This document shows positions 26,645-38,472 of a DNA stretch of 64,000 bases, in pieces. Each line of letters starts with the position of its first letter. Within the stretch, counting starts at the first letter, position 1. A model generated the notes under the pieces. That model was not told the DNA's origin. It worked only from the letters and a program-made list of their open reading frames with translations, and did not search any database. A program made the translations under genes and the position numbers. This DNA comes from Bigelowiella natans CCMP2755 (taxonomy: Eukaryota > Protista > Cercozoa): contig ADNK01001382.1 of NCBI GenBank assembly GCA_000320545.1, positions 1-64,000 on the forward strand. The letters run 5' to 3'.

Positions 26645-28928
26645 GGCGAGTTCGATATGACTACCGTGAAGAACGAAGATCGAGATATCTGAAGTGGGCA
26701 ATTCGAATTTGATAAATGCCATGAAACAGCACATTTATCTCTAGACAACCTAATCGTATACAGCATTTTGGCAGAGAATGACGGTAAATAGAGACGAATT
26801 CCTCTCAGTGACCTTCGTTCAAATATATTTTTATCTGAAGTTTTCATAAAAGATCTTAAATTGCGTCAACGGCTATGAAAATAATTTGGCCTAGATTGCA
26901 TCAGACCCTTCAAAGAATATTTAATAATGATGCGTAAGATCATAAGGCGGCATAGGAAATCCATTGTCTTCTGTCCAAAATTCCCTACATTTGAAGGGGA
27001 AAAACTCAGACGGCGGTTTCTGATGGGCTGAGACTCGTAAAAAGGTGCTCGGCATCGGGTCATGTGCCCGTTACTTGTATGCGACAATAATATTTTGTTC
27101 ATACATCAATGAATGCAGGCGGATGATAAAAAATGACTGAGATGATCTTCGGTTAAGTCTTGATCCCTGTGAAAACAAAATGCTGCAGACGGTCGCCCCA
27201 GCCCCCTACCCACCCCTCAGGACACTGCCCACTTACATGATTGATTTTTAAAAATAGGAAAAATATTCCGGTGTAGTGTACAAAAATGTTACCTTTAGGG
27301 CCTGGCCATTCAGGGGCTTGGGGTAAGCAGCGTGAAATTTGACCGCTAGAATCACTCTAATAGTTGAGTTATATTTCTCAGTTCATGGAAGAAAAAATGT
27401 ACCCTGGAGCTTGAAGGCTTGATTTTGTCATATGGCAAGAATAAAATTAGCTTGGATGAAACGTCATGCACCATGTTGGAGAGGAAAGAGATGAAGAACC
27501 AGACTCAACACTTTTTCCAGATTGTAGACAGGTTAGCTATTCTTCATCGTATGCGGCTGCAATGTATTAACACATTTAAAATGTTTCGTATTAGCAAAGG
27601 GAAAGAACACAAATTTTGGACCCCACGGCAACAAGATGCAGAGGTATCCACTTACACGAACTAAGACGGACGCTTTTGAACAACCTGTTTTGCCTCGTCA
27701 CCCCAACTTGTAGGAGTGGGTTGACCGTATCCAAAGACGCATCAGAATGGCGGAGCATTCTGCCACACCTTCCACTGCGGAAGAGAAAAGAAATTATAGG
27801 TAAAACATGTAAGTCTGTTCGCCCCTCGAATGTTTATCTAGACATTTCCCTCCCTGGTTGGCTTATCCGTTATCATCATTCTTTACACAGTACATCGACA
27901 AATAGACACTCTGCGACAAGGACCTCATATTCGGTGTCAGATGCCTCCTCTAGTGGTATCTACGTCCACATTCTTTCCCTGGTCAATATCTTCTAATATT
28001 CTCATTTTGCTGCTACAGGGGATAGCGACTACAAAGCTGATACCGATAAGAATTGGAACCTGAAGCTCCAACGCGCAATAGACCTTCAGTACTCCGCCGC
28101 ATTCCTATCAAGGATGAATCACTTAGAAGGAAATCTTGTTCTAGAGGTTGCCAATGTGACACGTAAGCTCGTACAAGGCCTTATGCTTCCAGATAGGTAC
28201 TGCGTGATTGATGAAAAATGAACTCACACAAATCCGTTAACAATGGTGTGTCAATACGTCTTCATTTTATCTTCATCTAGACTGCGCGAAATTCGCTGCA
28301 ATAGCCACCAGAAAGGCGCTTTAACATTCACCCATAGAGGATTAGAGTATCAGGTTTACAAAGACTGATATATGTTGAGCATCATATACTCATCATATCA
28401 TCATCATCATCATCATCATCATCCTCATGACTCACGCGGGAAACATACTCTCTAGATCATGCTAAATCCGAGCGCGGCCTACTGCAAGCGCATCACAAGG
28501 GAGGTCCAGGGAAGAAGGTTGGGATGTTCTTGCATCATGTTTAAATGATTATCTTTTTTTTATCCATGGTCATCCTCCTCCTCCCCCTCCTCCTCCCCAT
28601 CTCTGATAACCACAACAACCAGCGCCTACATTTCTACATCGACGGGAACCATCAGCACGCTTCCTTACTTATCCATCAACTACCTGGGATTCCGTGTCTT
28701 AGCGAGGATTCCAAAGCCAGCGGATGCGAAGATCGTCTATGGTTGGGGGGCGGGGGGGGGGGGGGGGGGAAACAGCAAGAAATTCATCCAAACGCCTCTT
28801 GCAGAGAAGAAACTTCGTGAATGTGCTGCGAAGCTAAATCTTCTACCTAGGACACTCAAGGTCAGAGAAATAATTCCCTACTCATCCAGGCATCAAACAG
28901 ATGTGATGTGTGAATCGCCCACTCTCAA

Positions 28929-28966
<38 letters not shown>

Positions 28967-29165
28967 TCTGTGTCTTTCTATCGCTTAAATAGACGAATGG
29001 AAAAGACATCCATATTCATGCATCGATGTCATTGCGGTTGCTCCAAACGGACAATGATAGGGTGTACCTCAACAACGGTAAAGAACAAAAAAAAAATTGT
29101 GATGTGTGTAATGTGGTGCGTGCGTGCGTGTGTGTGTGTGTGTGTGAGAGAGAAGAGAGAGCGTG

Positions 29166-29202
<37 letters not shown>

Positions 29203-29468
29203 CCTTTGCAGCTAGCAACCCTACCATAGTCGGCAAAGATTAAGATGAGGTTGTTTGTTATATATACTGAGTCACTCCGCCCCCCCCTCCTTCCACAGGA
29301 AAGTATGTATTCCCTCCTGAGTTGATGTATGAGCCGGAGGAGAGCTCTCTCTCTTGGGACGTGTTCCGCTTGAGGCCCGAGCTTCTGAATCAGCTCGAAA
29401 ACCCGATATCTCCGGATGGGGGAATGATATACGATGATGAGCACCTTAGCGACGAGCTCAACTCACAG

Positions 29469-29512
<44 letters not shown>

Positions 29513-29617
29513 AAGCGTGTAATTTCCATTCATTCGCGGTGCCAACGAGAGATGTTTTGGTGCGGTCGCTGTCTTCCTTGTGTGAGCACACCAACAGTAT
29601 CTTTTCTTCTTGTTCTT

Positions 29618-29648
<31 letters not shown>

Positions 29649-30880
29649 TTCTTCTTTTTAACGTATGTCGCATGCATAATGCTGCAGGTCGTCAATGCAT
29701 GTATCGAGTTGCACCAGGAAGTGATCCCTCGTTTCGTGAAGCATCTGGACGCGAGCCTGGTGAAGAAGCTGCCCCTGGGGGGGGATGCACTGTGTAACAG
29801 CATGCACGAGGCCGGGATCAATCTCCGCCACCTCTCAAGAGTAGCTGAGCTCAGCAAGAAACGATACATCAAGGAAATGGCCATTTCAGAAATGGTAATT
29901 GGGAGTGGGGTTTGAGCAGTTTTGGCATAATGAACGCACTCATCCTCCCTGTTCCGTCTTTCCTCCTCCACAATCTGCATATGCTCGCCCATACATATTC
30001 GAAAATTATTTGCTTCCGCGCCCCTCCCGCTCCTCCTCCCTATCTCAGATTGGGCGGTCGTGCAACCGATTCTTAGAGAAAGAGTTCAGGAAGCATGTTC
30101 TCAAGCTCTTCGCCAAGATCCACCCAGAAGAGAAGGGGAAGGCCACAGAGCAGGGCGACAGCGACATGAAGGAAATGACGGCGGCGATGATGATGATGAA
30201 GCAGGACTTCGAGTGTATCCTCGCCAAATTTCAAAATGATACCAAGGTGGGGAGCGAGGGGGTGGGGAGAGTGAGGAGGCAATTACTCGTGCGAGCGATT
30301 TCTTTTTCTTATTCTTCGCCGAAACTATATGACGGTAACAACTTGAAACATAAGGTGCAAGCCGACAATACCCAACTTTATACCTGCATCAATCATATTG
30401 CTTAATAGCCTTGTGTTTAACGCGGAACGATTGCAATTTTGCAGGAGCTTGTGGCGAAGACCTTCAACCTGATGCTGGGCGACGACGAGGAGTCAAAGCT
30501 GTTCTACGACCGGGAAATACGGCCTCAGATGAGGTCGGCGTTCAGCTTCGAGCTTCGAGAATGGCCGATTCAGTGCGCGAAGAGGAGTCTGCTCAGCACA
30601 CTTCAGATTCGCTGCCGTGTGCTCCTATTCGAGACTGAGGCGTTGAAGATGAGCCTGAAAAAGAAGCAGCAGCAGCAACAACAACAACAACAGCCGCAGC
30701 AGCAGCAGCAGGGGTTCGTGCGACCTGACGACTCTACGGGAACAGGCCGCTGCGTTTTAGAAAGTAGTAGTAGTAGTAGTAGTAGTAGTTGTTGTTGTTA
30801 GATGATGAAGAAGAAGGATGACGATGATGATGATGATGATGGTTGTGCAGTTTTCGATTCCTGGGTTATATATGTATATA

Positions 30881-30922
<42 letters not shown>

Positions 30923-30932
30923 GCGTGCGCGC

Positions 30933-30968
<36 letters not shown>

Positions 30969-31308
30969 ATTATGCAGAGGATATCCAAGCCATCTTGCCA
31001 AAAGTGAAAGTCCCGCAGTATCTGCCACAAAAGATGCAGCATTTGAAGCATGTCGCAACAGAAGCCATTCAAAATGGGCGTTTTGCAGAGGCTGAGGCCA
31101 AATTCAAGGTTGGTCGGGAAGAGTGGGGGGAACAGCATAGAGAGGGGGGAGGGAAGAAAGAGCAATACGCTTGGCACACTGCAATGAATCAAGAATACAA
31201 ATTGCTTTGAACAAACAACGAACTCCTATTTACTTTGCTTTATAGATAATTCGATATGTTTGTGCTCGCTATCGTTCAGAATTGAGCAGTTGTTGATGAT
31301 GATGTTCT

Positions 31309-31346
<38 letters not shown>

Positions 31347-32455
31347 CTCTCCTGATGCTTGTTCTTCAGGAGTTGTTGTCGCGTATTCCGGCTGTAAAGT
31401 GTCGAGAGCCTCAGAGGCTTTCGCCCCTGAAGTCAATGGTTTCCCCAGCTATAGAGTAAGATCCAACGATAAACACAATTTTCCAACAACAACAACAACA
31501 ACAACCAAAAAACAGTTTTTCTTTCCCAGACTGTCATGTATACGTTGTGCTTCGCCTTATTTAAATTGTTCGGAATCCCGATTGGAAAGGCCACATCGCC
31601 ATTTCATTGTTGCATCAAATGGGGGGTTCTTTGGGTCTAACGCCGCCGCCGCTGTTTGCTGCTGCTACTGCTGCTACTACTGCTTGTGGAATGTGTACAG
31701 ATCTCCCCGCTCCAATGCCAAAGAGGAGGAGGAAGAAGAAGAAGAAAAAGAAGAAGAGAAACACACCCATATCAGCGGCCATGCTGAGCGCAAAAATGCA
31801 GGGGGTGAGGGGAAAGCTCGGCGCAAAGGACGGCGGCGCATGCTAACCCAAATCATCGACAAAAAGACGACTAGTGGCAGCCTTTCTCTCGCTCCTGGGG
31901 AGGTGTCCCGCAGCTTCGTGGTGATGATGAAGGCGTGCTTTAAGCACCTGAAGATGCACGCTGCTACGGAGGAGGGCATCTTCCGGAAGTCGGGGGATAA
32001 GCGGAGAGTGGACGACCTCCTTCGACAGCTCACCGACCTCACCACCTCGCAAACGATGAACAGCGTGGATCTGGAGAAGCTTATCCACGAGACGCTCGAG
32101 ACCTTCCAGCCCGCGGTCCCGCCTAAATACAGCGTGCACGATGTTGCCGTCGCCGTGAAGAAGAAGCTGGATGCGACAACGGAGTCGCTCCTCACAGACG
32201 CCCGAGCAACCCAGTTCGCCGCCGTGAAGGACCTCGCGGGGGCGAGGAAGATTATACAAGAGCTGCCGCACAACAACGTCAGCGTGCTGCTGGAGGTGCT
32301 CGAGACCTTCCGGCTTATCTGCAGCAATGAGCCCGACACACGGATGACAGTCAAGGCGTGTGCGATCGTGATGTGGCCGAACCTCATGCCGAAGAATGCA
32401 GATCCCGCTGCGCTCGTTGCGTGCGCCACGATGAACACCGAAACCGCTTTCAAGG

Positions 32456-32486
<31 letters not shown>

Positions 32487-35400
32487 AGGGGTTGTGGTGG
32501 TGGTAGTAGTTATATTGTTCTGCGAGCTGCTTGGGGCGTTCATCATGTGCGTGTCGTGCGCAGTCAATTAGTCACAAGAGGAGCCACGGTGCAATTCAAT
32601 TGTCCATCGGAATATGAGTTCATATCGTAGCGCTCTCTCTCTCTCTCTCTCTCTCTTTCTATGTGTGTGTGTGTGTGTGTGTGTTTGTGTGTGTGGTCAA
32701 ATGTAGCGGAGGGTGTCTGAATCATTTCTCTGCTGCTGCTACCATACATTATTAGGTGATGATGGACAATCTGGCCCTTCTCACTTCTGAGTTTCAGCAA
32801 AAGCTCAGCCATCACGATAGTAGCAATGATGTGGATCAGAAGACAGGGGAGGAGCAAGGAGAAGAAGAAGAAGAATATAGTCATCGAGGAACGCTTGCGG
32901 CAACAGCGACAGATTTAGACACCGTTGTGACAACACGCAGGAGCCTCCTCCTTTCACACACTTCCAGCTCATTCGACACAACAACAAGGACTACAGGGTC
33001 CAACTCCTCCTCCCCATCCTCCTCCTCCTCCTCCTCGAGTAACAGCAGCAGCAGGAGGAGGAGGAGGAGCGACAGCAAGAAGCACTACCTCGACCTCCAA
33101 TCGTGGCTGCGGCAGCTGCGGCTGATCAACACGATCGCGCACTGCCAGCTGAAACAGGGGAGCTACGACCGGTGCATCGTCACGCTGGAGAAAGCTGTGG
33201 AAACCGCGCCTCTAGCCTACCACCTCGAGGTGTGCCGTTCCTGCGTCATCCTCACCCAGGCCTATTTCCGGCTGGGGTCTGAGAGCTGCGGCACCGCGGA
33301 GGAGGAGAGCAAGGTCATCGGCGTCGGCCACCAGATGTACAGGAAGGCTCTTGAGATCGCGCAGGCGTGTTTCCCCCAGTCGCAGCTCGGCCACCCGTAC
33401 CTCATCGAGTTCTACTCTGTCATGGGGGACGTGTACTCGTACAACGACGACCACTGCCAGGCCAAGGACTGGTTCGGGCAGGCCGCCAACTTCGCCTCGT
33501 CAAACTGCGGCGAGGATCACCCGGAGACGGCGCGGCAGAAGAAGCTGCTGGCGGAGTCCCTCGGGAAGCAGGCGTTCGAGCTCAACGAGGGGAATGCCTT
33601 CGATGTGGACGACCCCCACGCGCACCAGCGGCTCGTGCGGGTCCACAAGCTGAGGGAGAAGGCGGTCCGGATCTTCGACGCGGTGCTGGAGACCAACAGC
33701 CGCATCTTCGGGGCGAGCTCCCTCTCCGTGGCCGACGTGCTCTACAGAAAGGCCGAGGTGCTGATCAACATGAACTGGGGCAAGGAGGCGGCGCGGTGTG
33801 CGCACATGTGCCTGTCTATCCGGAAGGCGCACGTGGGCGTAAACGCCGGCCATAAGACGGTGCTCGAGAGCCTCGACCAGCTCGCACGGTGCGCAGTGCT
33901 AACGGGTGATTGGAAGTTCGCGGTCAAGTACGAAAGGGAGGCGCTGCGCCTCTACGACACGGCCCGCCCGCAGCTCGACGCCTCGTGGTTTCGAAACGCC
34001 TTGGTGCGAGCGGGGATGTGCTTCCTCGCCACCGTCAGATATCGGAAGGAGCTCGCCCTCCTGGTCCGTAGTTTCCCAATCGACGCCAAGTCGGAGGAGC
34101 ACGTGACGCTGGCAGTGAGGATACTCCTGGAGCAGCGTGGGAGCCCGTCGAAGCTGTTGGAGAAGCTCGTGAGCGACTCTGGCATTCTGGACGACGCCCC
34201 TCCTCCTTCTTCGCCCGGCGGCCCTGCCGTTAGCAGCTTGACGCAGCTGACGGCCGTTCAGAGGAAGGCACGGAAGGAATTGGTTGCGATCTTGAACGTG
34301 CTCAAGTTCCGGGACGCGGATGTCGTCTCCGTGCCGCAGCTTCCCGAGGCAATGTGCAAGAACTCCAGATTTACCATCGTCGAGGCGGCGGGAGGGCGGC
34401 CGGCCCTCGTCTCCTCGTCTCTCTGCGAAGAAGATGATGATGATAAGAGGCCAGAGGAGCAAGAGAAGGTAGGCGAGAACGCTGAGGCAAGCTGCGAGGA
34501 GCACCTTCCAGGGTCTCCTATTGATGAGGAGAAGATGCTGAACAGCCCGGCAAATCCCGTCATCGCTGATCGCAGTAACACCCTCGATAAGGAGGAGAAG
34601 GAGGAGGGGAGAGGAGAAGAAGAAGAAGAAGAAGAAGAAGAAGAAGAAGAAGGAAAGGAGCAGCCAGCTACTCTTGAGAATGCGAGGGAGGCTACTCCTG
34701 TCTCTCCAGTGAAAAATCTCAAATCTGATGAGAAAATCGCCTCATTACAAGCGCGCGACCTTGAATTTACGCCGGACGACGAGGAGCTTTTAAGTCAGGG
34801 GGGGGACGGAGAGGCAGCGGTAAGTACTGCTGATTCGATAGCGTCTACTACTCCAAAAGGAAGGCTTGAAGAGCAGAGGGAGGAAGTGAAGGAAACACCG
34901 TCGTCATCTGAAAGAAAGGTAGAGGGCGTTGAAGCTAACGCTCCTTCGGAAGAAGAGAAAGACGACGGAATTGCTGTTCCTGCGAATGAACAGCAGCTAA
35001 AAGCTCCAGGCGATGGCAGCGTATCTCCTCATCTCTTGGATACAACAGCTGCTGCGGACAATGCAGAGAAGCACACGTCTACAGCAGCTATCGATGAAAA
35101 CAAAGAGAATGCCACGCCTTCTCCTCCTCCATCTTCGTCCTTCAACGTAGAAGCAGGAGCAGCCGCAAGAGGAGGAGGAGAAGGAGGAGGAGGAGGGCTG
35201 CCGAGCATCTCTCTGAGGCCAAAGGTCGCAGGTAGAAAGAGGAGGAGGGGGAAACCAGCAGCCTTGCTCAAGAAGTTCTCTCCCATCACTACTTGGGAGT
35301 CACTGGCTACAGCAGCGGCAGCAACGGGGTGTTCCTCCTCAAAGGCAGAAGATGAAATCGAAGGAAAAGCGGCCGAGAACTCTTCAGAGAGGAAGGAGCC

Positions 35401-37066
35401 GAACGGGGGCGAGTCCTCTGAGCAGCCTGATAAAAAAACCGACGCCACACTAGCCGCTCTGTCGTCGTCGTCGTCGTCGCTGCCGCCGCCATCGGCTGCT
35501 GCGATGAAGAAGAACAAGAAAACGAAGCCTCACGCTGCTCAGGCGACCCCAAGAAAGAAGCGGCACACGTTTGCCAGGCCGATGGTAAAGACTAGGGCGA
35601 GCCTACTGCGAACGCCAACCAAAACTCCAGTCAAGAGGTATAGCGGCGGTGGCAAGAAGAAGCGCGTACACCCCATTATCCCGTCATCCCCGGTGCCGAC
35701 GAAGATTCCTTCAGTCGCGGCAAGGACGGGGGCACCGCCACCAGCAGCGGCAGCGGCGTCGCATCAATCCAGCCGGAAAAATGCTCAGAAATGGGCAAAT
35801 CCCAGGGCTACCACCACCACCAGCAGCAGCAGCAGCAGCACTAGAAGAAGCAGCAGCAGCAGCAATAACAGCAAGAGGAAGTCGTCGTCGCTGCTAAGGC
35901 ACAGAAAGCAAACTCCAAGGAGGAGCGGTACTGCTGGCGGTGGTTTCACAAGGAGTAGGAAGGCTGTAGTGGCGACTGCTTCCTCCTCCTCGAGGAAGAT
36001 GAAGATGAAGAAGAATAGCGTAGTGGGGAAGGGGGGGGGGGAGGAGGAGAAGAAGAAGAAGAGCATCCTCGTTGGAAGAGGGAGCAACAAGAATAAGAAT
36101 AGGGTGCCTGGCAAGAAGAAAAATACGGTAATCAAGCGCAAGTTGACCTTCTCTAAGATAGGAAAGGGCGGTGCTAAGGGGGAGGAAAAGGAGGAGACGG
36201 CATTGGCCAGCACCACCACCACCACCACCACCACCACCGCCACAACCAATGCTGATCTGGATTGGAATACTACGGATGCTGCTGGCACCGCAGCATCAGC
36301 CGACAAAGAGAATAATTCGCAAAAGAGGAGCCCCGTCCCTCGTCCTACCCCTGTCAGTGGGACGGAGAAGCAGAGCTTGGTCCATCGGCTGTTCCGAAGC
36401 GTCCTCAACAGCAGCAGCAATAACAACAACAACAACAACCAAAACAGTGGCAGAAGCAGAAACAGAAGCAAGCGAGGTCTCTTTTCGTCGTCATCAGCAG
36501 CGCCAGCAAAAGGAAAAGGAGGGGCCCTCCCCTCGTGGAGATCCTCTCCCGTCGCGTCCCCCGAGCGTTTCCCCGTCGCGGCCAAGGCGCGCTTCGCCCC
36601 GTTGCAAATAGGGTCGTCCACAGAGAGAATCGTCCAGAAGCCGCGAGCTCTGCAGGTGCGACGGGGCGCGGCGGCGAAAGTGAAGCTGGGTATACTCCCG
36701 TCGTCCAACGGAAAATACAAGGAGAACTTGCTCGGAACGCTCAAGACGCTAATTCCCGGATGGACACCGCCGGGCAGGGTGGTGGAGAACGCAGGAGACG
36801 AAAATGCGAACGAGGTCGAAGCCCCTCTGGACATCGCCCAGCTCCACAGGCTAGAGGATTGCCTGGTGGTGCACTGGGAGAGGGAGGCCGAGGAGGATGA
36901 CGCCGAAGACGATGAGAAGGAATCGTTGAGTAGTTGGGGCGGTGATGACGAGGACGATGATCATGATGATGCCTGGAGAAGACAATCTCGCCAGCTGGGT
37001 GTTGAAGACGACGCATTTTGGGCCAACACGGCGGTCACTATTGATGCTGATGGAAAAGCAACATGA
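26645..37066 (+). CDS. Clu/CLUH-like (clustered mitochondria) protein with probable N-terminal PH domain, inserted RhoGAP domain, TPRs and long low-complexity tail; 5' end uncertain
   Basis: PH-like KEHKFWTPRQQDAEEWVDRIQRRI (~27595-27760). Clu motifs KNWNLKLQ (~28050), LSINYLGFRVLA, RLRPELL..PISPDG, EVIPRFVKHLD..MHEAGINLRHLSRVA..EMIGRS. RhoGAP EEGIFRKSG..VHDVA..RMTVKACAIVMWPNLM (31900-32454). TPRs with GHPY/GEDHPETA in 32756-34100. Stop at 37066. Confidence 0.75.
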
Positions 37067-37254
37067 TGTTGTTCTGTCGAGTGGCGTCGGCGCTTGCACA
37101 CGAATAGAGAGCTGTACGCGATCTCGCGGAGAGATGGGCATGTCGTAGCTTAACCTAGATTTGTCTCGCTTTGCCACAGGAAGCGATTCATCGCCGTGTT
37201 TAGATGTTGCAACCACTGCTCTATAAGCAATATGTATACACACACACACACACA

Positions 37255-37300
<46 letters not shown>

Positions 37301-37379
37301 TATATACATCTAGATATCCTTGCATCATGATGCTTGCAGTAGTAGGAATTTTCACACGTACAGTACAGATTGGATTCAA

Positions 37380-37745
37380 TGACTAGTCGCGACCTTCATG
37401 CAGATCATGTTGCTGTTTGTTGGTGTTAGATGGCGCACGCAAGCTAGCAAGCGTTGTTACGATATCTAGTCAAATTCTAATATGTGAGCTCGCGGCCCTT
37501 TCGCTGGTTCGCTCTCGCTGCTAGTAGCTCGTGCGACAACACCGTGCTAGCTAGCTGGCATGATGAACCTAGCGAACTAGCTAGCCTATCTAGCTATCTA
37601 GCTATTGTCATTCTTGTCGGCCATCTAGCTATCACTAACTAGATCACGTCGAGACATTCTAGCTAGCTAGCGTTGCAGATCGTATTAGTTATTGCGAAGC
37701 AAAATGTGTAGTTCGATTCTAGAGTTGCGGATTGCTAGATTGCCG
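37380..37745. other. CTAG/AGCT palindrome-rich intergenic tract at a convergent gene junction
   Basis: gctagctagctggc, ctagctagcctatctagctatctagct and ctagctagctagcg between the Clu-like stop (37066) and the pseudogene end (~37815). Confidence 0.7.
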
Positions 37746-37814
37746 CGCAACAAGCGGCACATTTTCGCGCCGTTCTCCCTTCTCACATACTAACATATTT
37801 TCAAGAATGCACAG

Positions 37815-38263
37815 CACTTGAGTCCATGTTTTGTGCAGGCTAAGGTCTTGGATGACGCTTGGGCTGGAGCAAACCCGCTAGATACGATGTAATACGGGAG
37901 AATCGAAAGCCCTTCACGACCTCCTCCGTCACTGCCGCTCCTCCTAAAATCCCACGACGTTCGAGAATCATGACATCCAAACCAGCACGGGCTAGATATG
38001 CGGCCGATACTGTCGATATGTTATTTAGGACACATGTATCTCATGCTCGGAAGGAAGAAGAAGGAAGAGCATTCGAATCTGTCACTACCCATTCCGTTGT
38101 GCCCACCCCCAACAATTATCACGTCACATTCGTGACGGGTTCGTATTATCGGATGGGAAGAGGTAGCAGCAGCTGCAGCGGCCACGGACGATGAGCGAAT
38201 GCGGGCGACGCCATGCCGGAACCCCGGCCGTGCGGCAGCCATCCTGAGGGCAATACTGAGCAT
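37815..38263 (-). pseudogene. Truncated, frameshifted 5' fragment of a PYROXD2/phytoene-dehydrogenase-like FAD oxidoreductase
   Basis: Transit-peptide-like MLSIALRMAAARPGFRHG, then CDVIIVGGGHNGM|[46 protein letters not shown]. The expected continuation [15 protein letters not shown] needs two frameshifts, and nothing further follows. Confidence 0.75.
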
Positions 38264-38472
38264 ACTCGACTCCGCAGTTGGTCATTAATAAATCCATGGA
38301 AAATGCATGTCGCAGCTCCAAAACCTCCAGCATTTGTTCCAAAATGCCCGGATGACGCCCTGACGACGCCCTGGTGATTAAGTTGCGTCAGTTATCGCAA
38401 TGTTACATGTGGTGAGATTTCTCGAGATTTGCATTGGGGTTACATTCCAACTATTCGGCAACTGGAAGAAGA

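Noticed and set aside
35785-36834. 349-aa minus-strand hydrophobic ORF
   Set aside because: It is antisense to the low-complexity Lys/Ser tail of the Clu-like gene.
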